NCBI GenBank assembly: GCA_040752575.1
Contig: JBFMGK010000066.1
Coordinates: 46,640-110,639 of the forward strand
From: Candidatus Bipolaricaulota bacterium
Lineage (GTDB): Bacteria; Bipolaricaulota; Bipolaricaulia; UBA7950; UBA9294
DNA length: 64,000 bases
Direction of reading: 5' to 3'
This document shows positions 19,504-29,152 of this stretch, one piece after another. The first letter of the stretch is position 1. Each line of letters begins with the position of its first letter. Position numbers and translations under genes: made by a program. The notes under the pieces were generated by a model, which saw only the letters and a program-made list of their open reading frames with translations, did not search any database and was not told where the DNA came from.

Positions 19504-19965
19504 ATGAAGGACATGATCGCCCGCCGACTCGCTCTCGTTGCGCTCGCCGGTTTCGCCGTGTGGGCTGCAGCCGGTTGCGTTCCGACAGCTCGCGTGAACG
19601 TGACCGGAGGGTGGAGCGCAACGCTCACGTTCACGAACGGCCCCATGGCCGGTTTCCAGCGCGGATTCACCCTCGATCTCGCCGACAGCGAGGGCGTGGT
19701 CACAGGCACGGTCCGCTTGCCCAGCCACGGGGGACTCACGTATCTGATCCAGGTCACGTACGGCCGCGTACGCGGCGAAGCGCTCTTCCTCGAGGCCGCC
19801 GGCACCGACGATCAGATCGCTCCCCCCGCAGCCATCACGCTGACGCTCGATGGAGAGATCTCGGCCGCGGGAATCACCGGGATCGGAACCCAGACGGTGA
19901 ACGGAACACCCTACGACTTCACGTGGCAAGCGGTGCTCGTCGCGCCTCCCCCGCCCGAGGCGTAG
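19504..19965 (+). CDS. Hypothetical lipoprotein (beta-rich)
   Basis: GGAGG SD; signal peptide with lipobox AAG-C; no family recognised. Confidence 0.65.
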   Translation: MKDMIARRLALVALAGFAVWAAAGCVPTARVNVTGGWSATLTFTNGPMAGFQRGFTLDLADSEGVVTGTVRLPSHGGLTYLIQVTYGRVRGEALFLEAAGTDDQIAPPAAITLTLDGEISAAGITGIGTQTVNGTPYDFTWQAVLVAPPPPEA

Positions 19966-19971
19966 TCACGA

Positions 19972-21603
19972 CTAGAGTTTGCCCTCCCGCCGATCCCGTT
20001 CGGTGTCTTCGGGCGCCCGCTCGGTAGGCTCGCCATACCCCCCGCCGCCGGGCGTCTCAACGCAGAGAGCGTCGCCCGGTTCCAGCGTGAAGACCCCTTT
20101 GGACGGGACGTCCTCCATCGTTCCGTCCGCGCGGCGGACGGCGTTCCTGCCAGATCTTCCCGGACTTCCCCCTGCAACCCCGTACGCCGTACTCAATCGG
20201 CGCTCCGAGAGAATCGACACGCGGGCGGCATGTCCAACGGCCTCCACCTCGCGGCGGATCCCCAGCCCGCCGCGCCAACGACCCGCGCCGCCGCTCCCGG
20301 CGACCAGCTCGTAGCGCCGCACGCGGAGTGGATAGACCTTCTCCAGCGCCTCAATCGGCGTGTTGAGCGTGTTGGTCATGTGAGCGTGAACGCCATCGAT
20401 CCCGTCCTGATCTGGGCGCGCCCCGAAGCCGCCGGCCACGGTCTCGTAGAACGTGTAGACGCGGGCCGTCCTCGGATCACATCCCCCAAACGTGACGTTG
20501 TTCATCGTTCCCTGAGATGCGGCCACGGCGTGCGCAGGCCGCGCTGCCCCCAGCGCGCCGAGCAGGACGTCGACAATGCGCTGTGACGTCTCGAGGTTTC
20601 CGCCAACCACCGCGGCAGGCGGTCGCGGATTCAGGATCGTCCCTAGGGGCGCGTGAATCTGGATTGGACGAAAGGCCCCCTCGTTCGGCGGTATCGTCGG
20701 GTCGGTCGCCGCGAGTACCGCGAAGTACACGGCGGACGCCGTGACGGCAGGAACGGCGTTCAGCGGCCCGGCAGTCTGCGGCGCGCTCCCCGTGAAGTCG
20801 ACCTCGAGGGTGTCGCCGCCCGAGGTGACCGCGACGCGTATCGGAAGGGGGCCACGGCCCGCACCGTCGTCCTCGAGCGCGTCTTCAAACGCATACTTCC
20901 CCTTCGGGATCGCGGACAAGGCATCGCGCATGCGTCGCTCGGCATAGTTCAGCACTGCCTGCATCCCGTCGACCAGCCGGTCGCGGCCATGGCGGGCGGC
21001 CAACGCCGCGACGCGCTCCACGCCGACCCGGCACCCGGCAGACTGTGCCTCGAGGTCCCCGCGGCGTTCCTCTGGAGTTCGCACATTCAGGAGGATCAGC
21101 GACAAGAGGTCGTGGTCCGGTCGTCCGCATCTCCAGAGCTTCACCGGCGGGATCCGCAGTCCTTCCTGGAAGATCTCCACGCAATCGGCGGCAACACTGC
21201 CGGGCTCCTTGCCCCCGACATCCGCGTGATGGGCTCGGTTCGCAACGAACGCGACCAGCATGTGGCCGACGAAAACCGGGGCCACGAACGTAATGTCGGG
21301 CAGATGGGCCCCGCCCGCGTAGGGGTCATTCATCACAGCGATGTCCCCCGGCGACCACCGGCGCACGGCGGCACAAGCGGAAGCCACCGAGAAGGGCATC
21401 GCGCCGAGGTGGACGGGTATCGACTCTGCCTGGGCAACAAGGCGCCCCGACGCATCCAACACCGCCGATGAGCAGTCCCGGCGCTCGTTCACGTTCGGGC
21501 TGTACGCCGTTCGAATCAGGTCGGCGTTCATTTCTTCCGCGACCGCGGCGAGACCATGGCGCAAAACCTCCAGCCCCGCGGCATCCAACCCTCGCCGACT
21601 CAT
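19972..21603 (-). CDS. Hydantoinase B / 5-oxoprolinase family subunit
   Basis: RTAYSPNV.ERRDCS, IPVHLG, NDPY.GG.HLPD, AHHADVGG, GNLETSQR, SQGTMNN, TPGGGGYG. Confidence 0.93.
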   Translation of the reverse strand: MSRRGLDAAGLEVLRHGLAAVAEEMNADLIRTAYSPNVNERRDCSSAVLDASGRLVAQAESIPVHLGAMPFSVASACAAVRRWSPGDIAVMNDPYAGGAHLPDITFVAPVFVGHMLVAFVANRAHHADVGGKEPGSVAADCVEIFQEGLRIPPVKLWRCGRPDHDLLSLILLNVRTPEERRGDLEAQSAGCRVGVERVAALAARHGRDRLVDGMQAVLNYAERRMRDALSAIPKGKYAFEDALEDDGAGRGPLPIRVAVTSGGDTLEVDFTGSAPQTAGPLNAVPAVTASAVYFAVLAATDPTIPPNEGAFRPIQIHAPLGTILNPRPPAAVVGGNLETSQRIVDVLLGALGAARPAHAVAASQGTMNNVTFGGCDPRTARVYTFYETVAGGFGARPDQDGIDGVHAHMTNTLNTPIEALEKVYPLRVRRYELVAGSGGAGRWRGGLGIRREVEAVGHAARVSILSERRLSTAYGVAGGSPGRSGRNAVRRADGTMEDVPSKGVFTLEPGDALCVETPGGGGYGEPTERAPEDTERDRREGKL

Positions 21604-23627
21604 CCGACCTCCACGTGAAGGTGGCCGGACGCATCGGCCACCCCGCGGGCGCCCGGCGGGATCACGACCGTCGTGTCCCCACCGACGAGGATGGCTGGAC
21701 CGCGAAGCGGTCGTCCGATCTCGACCTGCGCTCGGTCATGCACATGAACAGGCACAGCTCCCCGCGAGTCGAACCATGCCAGCACTTCTCGTCTCGCCGA
21801 ATGGCTCAAAGCCGCCGCTTCCGCGGCCGGGACTCGGCGAGGCTCGGGCCCATGGGCCCGGACGCGCAGCGTGACGAGTTCGACGTCTCGGTGCAGCGCA
21901 GCATGTCCAAACCGCCGTTCATGCGCAGCGTCGAACTCCCGCCGGACCTCTCCGGGACTCAGGGCTCCCGCGCCCCAACGCACGGGAACCGAGACCTCGT
22001 GCGACTGCCCCACGTATCGCATGTCTGCGGTCACGCGGAAGCGAACGTCCGCACCCGCGAATCCTTCGCCGCACAGCGCGGCGCGCCCGCGTTCCACTAG
22101 CGGGGCGACGCGGGTTTCGAGATCCTCTCCCGTCATGCTGCCGAGGAGTTGTAGGATCGTCAGGCTCTCGTCGTGCCCCGCCTCGGCCACGAGAAGTCCG
22201 AAGGCGGAAAGGACGCCGGCAAGACGCGGGATCACGACTCGTTCAATGCCCAGCCGCCGCGCAAGGGAGACGGCGTGGAGAGGGCCCGCGCCTCCAAAGG
22301 CGACCAACGCGTAGTCCCTAGGATCCTGACCTCGCTCGACGGTCATAACACGGATTGCACGCTCCATCGCTGCTTCTGCGACGTCGAGAATCCCTAGCGC
22401 CACTTGCTCCACGGGCACCCCCAGAGTGCCAGCAAGGTCGTCGCCAAGAGCCGCCCGCGCCGCCTCCGTGTCAAGACGCGTCAGAGATCCGATCGGCAGG
22501 TCAGCCACCACGCGCCCTAGGACGAGGTGGGCGTCCGTGACCGTCGGGCGTGCGCCGCCGCGACCGTAGCACGCCGGACCGGGATCTGCGCCGGCACTCT
22601 GCGGGCCAACGCGCAGTGCACCCCCCCCATCCAGCCAGGCGATGCTTCCCCCGCCGGCCCCGATGGAATGCACCGCGACCGCCGGAAGCGCCACCGGGTA
22701 TCCCCCGACCGTCGCATGGGCCGTCCATTCCGCCTCCCCGCCGGTGACGACGGAGACGTCACAGCTCGTCCCGCCCATGTCGATCCCGATGACGTTCGGC
22801 TCGCCGACTTCCCGTCCGAGCCAGCGGATCGCCTCAACACCTCCCGCGGGGCCCGATAGGACAAGCCGCGCCGGGTTGTCTGCCGCACGACGAGCGCCCA
22901 CGACGGCTCCATTCGATTGCATCACGCGCCATGTCCGCGGTAGGCCCAAAGCTGCGGCTCCCTCTTCAAGAGACTGAAGCGCCACGTCGATCTTGGGGCG
23001 CAACGCCGCGCAGACCACGGTCGTCGAGATCCGCTCCACTTCGCGGAAGACCGGCAACACGTCGCTCGATGCGACGATGGGGACACCCAGCCGCACAGAC
23101 AGGGCCTCGACGACACGCCGCTCATGCTCCGGCCGCAGATAGGAGAAGAGGAAGGCCACGGCGACGGCCTCGACGTGCTCTCGAACCAGATCGCCAGCCA
23201 CCCGTTCCACATCGTCCATGTTGAGCGGCATCTCGACCTCGCCCTCCGCCGTCACGCGCTCCCGCACTTCGAAGCGTAGGTTCCGAGGCACAAGCGGCAG
23301 CGGCCGACGCACCCCTAGGTCGTAGAGTGAAGCACGGTTCTGGCGCCCGATCTCGAGGACATCGCGAAACCCTTCCGTTGTCACCAGGGCCGTCCGCGCC
23401 CACGTCCGCTCAAGAAGGGCGTTTGTGGCTACGGTCGACGCGTACAACATCTCGGCCACGCCCTTCGGGTCTACGATTCCCAGTTCGACCAGTCGGCGGA
23501 GGCCGTTCAGGACGGCCTGGCCCGCATCAGCCCCTGAAGGTTCCTTCGCGACACGCAGCCTATCTCGGTCCGCGACGACGAAGTCCACGAACGTGCCCCC
23601 GACGTCGATTGCGATCGTCTGCGCCAT
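21600..23627 (-). CDS. Hydantoinase A / 5-oxoprolinase family ATP-binding subunit
   Basis: DVGGTF.D, TVATNALLER, SGPAGG, DMGGTS.D, GAGGGS, SAGADPGPACY, FGGAGPLH. Confidence 0.93.
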   Translation of the reverse strand: MAQTIAIDVGGTFVDFVVADRDRLRVAKEPSGADAGQAVLNGLRRLVELGIVDPKGVAEMLYASTVATNALLERTWARTALVTTEGFRDVLEIGRQNRASLYDLGVRRPLPLVPRNLRFEVRERVTAEGEVEMPLNMDDVERVAGDLVREHVEAVAVAFLFSYLRPEHERRVVEALSVRLGVPIVASSDVLPVFREVERISTTVVCAALRPKIDVALQSLEEGAAALGLPRTWRVMQSNGAVVGARRAADNPARLVLSGPAGGVEAIRWLGREVGEPNVIGIDMGGTSCDVSVVTGGEAEWTAHATVGGYPVALPAVAVHSIGAGGGSIAWLDGGGALRVGPQSAGADPGPACYGRGGARPTVTDAHLVLGRVVADLPIGSLTRLDTEAARAALGDDLAGTLGVPVEQVALGILDVAEAAMERAIRVMTVERGQDPRDYALVAFGGAGPLHAVSLARRLGIERVVIPRLAGVLSAFGLLVAEAGHDESLTILQLLGSMTGEDLETRVAPLVERGRAALCGEGFAGADVRFRVTADMRYVGQSHEVSVPVRWGAGALSPGEVRREFDAAHERRFGHAALHRDVELVTLRVRAHGPEPRRVPAAEAAALSHSARREVLAWFDSRGAVPVHVHDRAQVEIGRPLRGPAILVGGDTTVVIPPGARGVADASGHLHVEVG

Positions 23628-23677
23628 GGCGGGGGAGTATAGTACACTCTCGCCCGCCGAGCAGAAGGGGGTTGTCG

Positions 23678-24655
23678 ATGGCAGCGACGCCGGAGCGAAT
23701 CCTCGTCACAGGGGCCGGGGGCCAGATTGGTTCGGAGTTGGTGCCGCACCTGCGCCGACGCCATGGCGCGGACGTCGTGGTGGCCACCGACGTCCGCGAG
23801 ACGGCCCGCGATGCGCTGGGCCCAGGACCCTTCGAGGTCCTCGACGTCCGCGACCGCGGTCGCCTGCGCGAGGTCGTGGATCGCCATCAGATCGGCGTGG
23901 TCTTCCACATGGCGGCCATCCTCTCCGCCATGGGCGAAGCTCATCCCCAGCTCGCCTGGGACGTGAACGTCGGCGGGCTCGTGAACGTTCTCGAAGTGGC
24001 GCGGGAGCGAGAGTTGCGGCGCGTCTTTTGCCCGAGCTCGATTGCCGTCTTTGGTCCAGAGACTCCGCGGGAGCTTGCACCCCAGTCGGGCGTGCTCCGC
24101 CCTTCCACGATGTACGGCCTCTCCAAGGTCACCGGGGAACTGCTTGCGGACTACTACGCACAACGGTACGGCCTTGACGTCCGAGGTCTCCGCTATCCCG
24201 GCATCATCTCGAGCGAGGCCCCTCCCGGCGGAGGCACGACCGACTTCGCCGTCGACATGTTCGTCGAAGCCCTCCGCACAGAGCGCTACACGTGCTTCGT
24301 CCGCCCGGACACCGTCCTGCCCATGATGTACATGCCCGACTGCATTCGCGCAACGATCCAGATCATGGATGCACCGCCGGACTCGCTCTCACGACGCGCC
24401 GACTACAACCTCGCGTCTATGAGCTTCTCGGCCGCCGAGCTCGCGGCCGAGATCCAGAAGAGCGTCCCCTCGTTCTGCTGCACTTACGAGCCGGACTTCC
24501 GGCAGGCCATCGCGGACTCCTGGCCCCGCGAAGTCGATGACTCGGCCGCGCGCGCCGACTGGGGCTGGTCCCCGTCCTACAGCCTCCCGACGATGGCTGA
24601 AGACATGCTGCGTCGCCTTGCCGACCGACGCCGCGGCATACACCCGTCGCCTTGA
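23678..24655 (+). CDS. NAD-dependent epimerase/dehydratase family, L-threonine 3-dehydrogenase-like
   Basis: TGAGGQIG, HMAAILSA.GE, PSSIAVFG, YGLSK, PGGGTTD, QAIADSWP. Confidence 0.87.
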   Translation: MAATPERILVTGAGGQIGSELVPHLRRRHGADVVVATDVRETARDALGPGPFEVLDVRDRGRLREVVDRHQIGVVFHMAAILSAMGEAHPQLAWDVNVGGLVNVLEVARERELRRVFCPSSIAVFGPETPRELAPQSGVLRPSTMYGLSKVTGELLADYYAQRYGLDVRGLRYPGIISSEAPPGGGTTDFAVDMFVEALRTERYTCFVRPDTVLPMMYMPDCIRATIQIMDAPPDSLSRRADYNLASMSFSAAELAAEIQKSVPSFCCTYEPDFRQAIADSWPREVDDSAARADWGWSPSYSLPTMAEDMLRRLADRRRGIHPSP

Positions 24656-24674
24656 GCCTGGCGTAGAAACGAGC

Positions 24675-24703
24675 GAGGGACTCCGCTCTCGCCGGAGTCC
24701 CTC
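24675..24703. terminator. Hairpin between convergent SDR gene and rplQ (probable bidirectional terminator)
   Basis: Perfect 11-bp inverted repeat GAGGGACTCCG / CGGAGTCCCTC; only weak U tracts. Confidence 0.6.
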
Positions 24704-24728
24704 ATCACATCGCGCCTCTGGCCGCGAT

Positions 24729-25082
24729 CTAGGGAAGTAGCATCAGTCGCGCCTGCTCAGCTCCATCGCCCCGACGCGGGCCGAGCTTCACGACGCGCGT
24801 GTAGCCCCCTGCCTTCTCCTTGAGTCGCGGTCCGATCTCGCCGAACAGCCGGTCCACCGCCGCCTTGTCCTGAAGGCGTGCGAACGCGATCCGTCGCGCG
24901 TGGAGGTCGCCCCGGCGGGCCAGCGTGATCAGGCGTTCGGCGTAGCGTTGCCCCGCCTTCGCGCGGACGAACGTCGTGTCGACCTTAGAGTGGAGGATCA
25001 GCGCGTTTGTCAGGTTCGCAAGCACCCGCCGCCGGTGACTCGCCACCATCCCGATCTTCTCGACGCCGTCTCTATGCCGCAT
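24729..25082 (-). CDS. rplQ: 50S ribosomal protein L17
   Basis: MRHR...HR, AERLITLAR, GGYTRVVK, RRGDGA. Confidence 0.95.
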   Translation of the reverse strand: MRHRDGVEKIGMVASHRRRVLANLTNALILHSKVDTTFVRAKAGQRYAERLITLARRGDLHARRIAFARLQDKAAVDRLFGEIGPRLKEKAGGYTRVVKLGPRRGDGAEQARLMLLP

Positions 25083-26028
25083 GGTGAATCTCCCCTTCGT
25101 TCCGCAGGGCGTACCCAAGCTCTGCCAGCCGCTCTTCCACCTTGGTGAGCGTCTTCGCCCCGAAACCGTGAATGTCCAGTAACTCCTCACGCGGCCGGGC
25201 AAGGAGTTGTCCCAGCGTCGTGATGTCCGCCTCTTGAAGGAGGTTGCATGCCCGTTGGTCGATCTCAAGGTCGACCAGGGGAATCGAGAGCTCGTGAGAT
25301 TCGCCGCCCCCTGCAGTCTCCTCGATCGACATCCCGAACGGGTGCTCTGCGAACCCCCGGAAGAGCTCCAGGTGGCGTAGCAAGAGCCGACTCGCCTCGG
25401 AGACGGCCTCCTCGGGTCGGATGCTTCCGTTCGTCACGACGTCGAGGATCAGTCTCTCGTATCCCGTCTTGCCCCCCACTCGCGTCTCCTCGACGGCGAA
25501 ATTCACCTTCCTCACCGGCGAGAAATCCGCATCGATCGGAATGACCGAGAGCGGAGCGTCCTCGGGACGATTCTGCTCTGCCGGGAGGTACGAGAAGCCC
25601 GTCTCGACCTCCAGTTCAAGATCCAGAACCGCTTTGGGGTTCAGGGTTGCTATGTGCACCTCGGGGTTCACGACCTCGACACCCGGCGGCAACTCCACGT
25701 CCGCCGCCGTCACGGTCCCCGGGCCGCGTTTCTCCAGCGTCAATCGCTTCACGCCTTCCTCGTGCACGCGAAGCGCGATACCTTTCAGGTTCAGGAGAAT
25801 CTCGAGGATGTCCTCCTTGACGCCTTCGATCGTGTCGTACTCGTGATACTTTCCGGCGAACCGCACCCGGACGATGGCCGCCCCCGGGATCGCCGTCAGC
25901 AGAGTCCGCCGCAGCGCGTTCCCCAGCGTCGTTCCGAAACCCGCCTCCAGCGGCTCGAGAACGATTCGGCCACTGGTCTCGGTGAGCTCCGCAACCTTGA
26001 CGTCCTTGGGAAAGACCATCTCGTCCAT
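25072..26028 (-). CDS. rpoA: RNA polymerase subunit alpha
   Basis: EPLE.GFGTTLGNALRR, HEY..IEGVKED, PIDA.FSPV; ATG after GGAGGT. Confidence 0.97.
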   Translation of the reverse strand: MDEMVFPKDVKVAELTETSGRIVLEPLEAGFGTTLGNALRRTLLTAIPGAAIVRVRFAGKYHEYDTIEGVKEDILEILLNLKGIALRVHEEGVKRLTLEKRGPGTVTAADVELPPGVEVVNPEVHIATLNPKAVLDLELEVETGFSYLPAEQNRPEDAPLSVIPIDADFSPVRKVNFAVEETRVGGKTGYERLILDVVTNGSIRPEEAVSEASRLLLRHLELFRGFAEHPFGMSIEETAGGGESHELSIPLVDLEIDQRACNLLQEADITTLGQLLARPREELLDIHGFGAKTLTKVEERLAELGYALRNEGEIHHAA

Positions 26029-26037
26029 GCCCACCTC

Positions 26038-26661
26038 CTAGCGGGAGTAGAACTCGACGATGAGGTTGGCCGCGATGTCCAACCCAAGCTGAGCCACGGT
26101 GGGAAGCGCCACAACCTGGAAGGTCAGCGTCTCGGCGTTGCGAGTGATCCACGCAGGAACGTCGCGCCCCTCGTTGGCTTCGACGATCGCGCGCACCTTG
26201 TCACGGCGTACCTCTTTGATGCTCGCCATGTCACCCTCACGCAAGAGAATCGAAGGAACGTTCGAGGCTCGGCCGTTCAGGTTGAAGTGCCCGTGCACGA
26301 TGAGCTGGCGCGCTTGCTGCCGCGAACTCGCAAACCCCGCCCGGTACACCATGTTGTCGAACCGCTGCTCCAGCATCTGCAGCAGGGCCTCGCCCGTTGC
26401 TCCCTTCACTCCTTTGGCGCGATCGACGTAGATCCGGAACTGGCTCTCACGCAGCCCGTAGATCCTTCGAGCCTTCTGCTTCTCACGCAAGTGAAGCTGG
26501 TATTGGCTGCGGCGTGGGCGTCGCTTCTTCGGGCCCTCTCCCGGCGGGTTCGCGCGCCGCGACAGCGCGCAACTCCGCGAGTAACAGCGGTCGCCCTTCA
26601 GAAAGAGCTTCTCGCCCTCGCGCCGACACTGCTTGCACTTCGCCGCGGTATCGCGTCCCAT
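26038..26661 (-). CDS. rpsD: 30S ribosomal protein S4 (zinc-ribbon type)
   Basis: CKQCRREGEKLFLKG.RC, LREKQK, ARQLIVHGH, IVEFYSR. Confidence 0.98.
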   Translation of the reverse strand: MGRDTAAKCKQCRREGEKLFLKGDRCYSRSCALSRRANPPGEGPKKRRPRRSQYQLHLREKQKARRIYGLRESQFRIYVDRAKGVKGATGEALLQMLEQRFDNMVYRAGFASSRQQARQLIVHGHFNLNGRASNVPSILLREGDMASIKEVRRDKVRAIVEANEGRDVPAWITRNAETLTFQVVALPTVAQLGLDIAANLIVEFYSR

Positions 26662-27008
26662 CAGATTCTCCCCTTGCTATGAGAAGCCGGCGTCACGTTC
26701 TTCACCTCTTCGACCCGAATCCCGGACGCCTTGATCGTCTGGACGACCGATTGCCTCCCGGAACCTGTTCCCTTGACTCGAATGGCCACGCTGCGAACGC
26801 CGTAGTCCTTCATGTCCCGCACAAGAGCTTCGGCTGCGATCTGCGCAGCGTACGGCGTACCCTTTTTCGATCCCTTGTAGCCAACAACGCCCGGGCTTTT
26901 CCACGCCACGGGATGGCCGCTGGGATCGGTGACGGTGATGATGGTGTTGTTGAATGTCGAGTGCACGTGAATCAACGCCCGCTCGAGTTTGATGTTCTTC
27001 GTTGCCAT
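26661..27008 (-). CDS. rpsK: 30S ribosomal protein S11 (C-terminal tail truncated)
   Basis: HSTFNNTIITVTD, KGSKKGTPYAAQ; ends VTPASHSKGRI. Confidence 0.95.
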   Translation of the reverse strand: MATKNIKLERALIHVHSTFNNTIITVTDPSGHPVAWKSPGVVGYKGSKKGTPYAAQIAAEALVRDMKDYGVRSVAIRVKGTGSGRQSVVQTIKASGIRVEEVKNVTPASHSKGRI

Positions 27009-27010
27009 CG

Positions 27011-27376
27011 CTACCTCTTCTTCCCGGCCTTCGCCGGCCGCGGGCCCTTCCACGTGCGCGCGTTCGCCCTCGTTCGCTGCCCTCGCACCGGGAGTCGCTT
27101 CTTGTGGCGTATGCCTCGGTACGCGTTGATGTCCTTCAAGCGCTGGATGCTCGAGGCGATTCGCCGGCGCAGGTCACCCTCGACGACGTACTGCTCGACC
27201 TCGCGACGCAGGTTCGCGACCTCGTTCTCGGTCAGGTCCTTGACCCGAACGTCGGGCGACACGCCCGCCTTCTCGAGGATCTCCGCCGCTCGCGGGGTCC
27301 CGATGCCGTACACGTACGTCAGCGCGACCTCGATGCGCTTGTTGCTGGGCAGGTTCACTCCGGCTATACGCGCCAT
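27011..27376 (-). CDS. rpsM: 30S ribosomal protein S13
   Basis: [30 protein letters not shown]. Confidence 0.98.
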   Translation of the reverse strand: MARIAGVNLPSNKRIEVALTYVYGIGTPRAAEILEKAGVSPDVRVKDLTENEVANLRREVEQYVVEGDLRRRIASSIQRLKDINAYRGIRHKKRLPVRGQRTRANARTWKGPRPAKAGKKR

Positions 27377-27387
27377 CTTCTCTCCCC

Positions 27388-27501
27388 TTATCCTTGGCGC
27401 TGCTTATGCTTTGGGTTCCGGCAGATCACCAACAGACGACCTTCTCGCCGGAGGACCTTGCACTTCGCGCACATTTTCTTGACGGATGCCCGGACCTTCA
27501 T
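27388..27501 (-). CDS. rpmJ: 50S ribosomal protein L36
   Basis: Manual translation [37 protein letters not shown]. Confidence 0.97.
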   Translation of the reverse strand: MKVRASVKKMCAKCKVLRREGRLLVICRNPKHKQRQG

Positions 27502-27521
27502 CTGGTTCGGCGTAGAGCGCT

Positions 27522-27761
27522 CTAGCTCTCGCGGTAGACGATTCTCCCCTTGGTCAAATCATACGGGGACATCTCGACGATGACGCGATCGCCCGTGAGG
27601 ATCCTGATGTAGTGCTTCCGGATCCTGCCTGAGATGTGACAGAGAATGACGTGCCCATTCGTGAGCTGAACGCGGAACGTCGAGCCCGGCAGGCTCTCCG
27701 TCACCTCGCCCCGCTGGCGGATCACGTCCTCTTTCTTGCCACGAGGTTCATTCGTCGCCAC
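27522..27761 (-). CDS. infA: Translation initiation factor IF-1
   Basis: [47 protein letters not shown]; start uncertain (27761 or 27776). Confidence 0.95.
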   Translation of the reverse strand: MATNEPRGKKEDVIRQRGEVTESLPGSTFRVQLTNGHVILCHISGRIRKHYIRILTGDRVIVEMSPYDLTKGRIVYRES

Positions 27762-28524
27762 TACGCCTTCCTTCACCTCCCTGGGTCAGGACTATCGTTC
27801 CTTCCTGCATGAGAGCCACGGTATGCTCGAAATGCACTGCAAGTCCCCCGGACGCCGTTTCGACGGTCCACCCGTCGGCGCGCACCCGCGTCGGCAGGTC
27901 GTCCGTCTTGAGCATCGGCTCGATGGCCAACGTCATGCCAGCCCGCAACCGTACGCCGCGTCCCGGCGGCCCGTAGTTCGGGATCTGGGGGTCCTCGTGC
28001 AGCGCTCTCCCGATTCCGTGCCCAACGTACTCCTTCACGACATAGAACCCGTTCGCTTGAATATGGGTCCCTATCGCGTGAGAGACGTCTGACAACCGCT
28101 TGCCGATTGTAGCTTCTTTGATCCCCTCTCTCAAGCTCTGTTCGCCCACCTCGAGCAGACGCGCCGCATCCTCGGACACCTCGCCCACGGGGACCGTGGT
28201 CGCCATGTCCACGCAGAACCCGTCTCGTACCATCCCGATGTCGATCGAGAACAGGTCTCCCTCGCGCAGCACCCGCTGAGGACTGGGAATCCCGTGCACG
28301 ATCTCCTCGTTCAGCGAAGCGTTGATCACTCCCGGGAATCCAGCCAACCGATCGAACGCCGACTCGCCGCCGCAGGCGCGAATCCACTCGTCGGCCCGCT
28401 CGTTGAACCACGCCGTCGTTCTTCCCGGACGCACCTCTTCCACGAGTCGCTCCAGAATCTCCGCCAGAAGTCGGCCGTTCTCACGCATGGCCGAGATCTC
28501 AGCAACCGATTTCAGGACGATCAT
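27748..28524 (-). CDS. map: Methionine aminopeptidase type I
   Basis: [29 protein letters not shown]. Confidence 0.96.
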   Translation of the reverse strand: MIVLKSVAEISAMRENGRLLAEILERLVEEVRPGRTTAWFNERADEWIRACGGESAFDRLAGFPGVINASLNEEIVHGIPSPQRVLREGDLFSIDIGMVRDGFCVDMATTVPVGEVSEDAARLLEVGEQSLREGIKEATIGKRLSDVSHAIGTHIQANGFYVVKEYVGHGIGRALHEDPQIPNYGPPGRGVRLRAGMTLAIEPMLKTDDLPTRVRADGWTVETASGGLAVHFEHTVALMQEGTIVLTQGGEGRRSGDE

Positions 28525-29150
28525 GCACTCAGAATCCGGAGGATCTCCTCGAACACCGCGTCGCTCCCCACATCGCCTCGAACCGACCGCAAGAGGCCGC
28601 GCTCCCGATAGTATGCGATGAGCGGCGATGTCGATCGCTCGTAGACATCGTAGCGATTCTCGATGACGGAAGCCGTGTCATCATCGCGCTGGTACAGCTC
28701 CCCGCCGCACGTCGGGCACTTCGTCTCGCCGGGCTTGAGGTTGAACGTTAGGTTGAAGATGGCGCCACACGAACGGCAGACGCGCCGCGCCGCAAGCCGG
28801 CGAACCACCTCGTCGCGAGACAGGTCGATGGTGATGACCACGTCAATCGCAGTGATCGTCTCAAGGGCCTTTGCCTGGGCCACGGTTCTGGGGAATCCAT
28901 CGAGCAGGAAGCCCGATGCGCCGGTCAGCCGTCCCCGAACCATGTCGATGATCAAGGCGTCGGGAACGAGTTCCCCGCGATCCATGTACCCCTTTGCCTT
29001 CTCGCCGAGCGGCGTCCTTCTTGCCACCTCGTCGCGGAGGACATCCCCGGTGGAAAGATGGGCAAGTCCGAGCGCTGCCGTCACCCGCTTCGCCTGCGTC
29101 CCCTTGCCCGCCCCCGGAGGTCCGAGGAACACGATCCGCCGTCCCGCCAC
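28521..29150 (-). CDS. adk: Adenylate kinase (zinc lid)
   Basis: GPPGAGKGTQ, HLSTGD, LDGFPRT, CRSC..CPTC, QRDDD. Confidence 0.97.
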   Translation of the reverse strand: MAGRRIVFLGPPGAGKGTQAKRVTAALGLAHLSTGDVLRDEVARRTPLGEKAKGYMDRGELVPDALIIDMVRGRLTGASGFLLDGFPRTVAQAKALETITAIDVVITIDLSRDEVVRRLAARRVCRSCGAIFNLTFNLKPGETKCPTCGGELYQRDDDTASVIENRYDVYERSTSPLIAYYRERGLLRSVRGDVGSDAVFEEILRILSA

Positions 29151-29152
29151 GA

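Noticed and set aside
9695..24728. Accessory block as a genomic island or prophage
   Set aside because: No integrase, transposase, phage genes or tRNA-end direct repeats seen; the content is ordinary metabolism and repair.
26640..26700. Recoding (TGA readthrough or frameshift) to restore the uS11 tail
   Set aside because: No frame downstream encodes NGCRP-like sequence, and the TGA overlaps the rpsD ATG.
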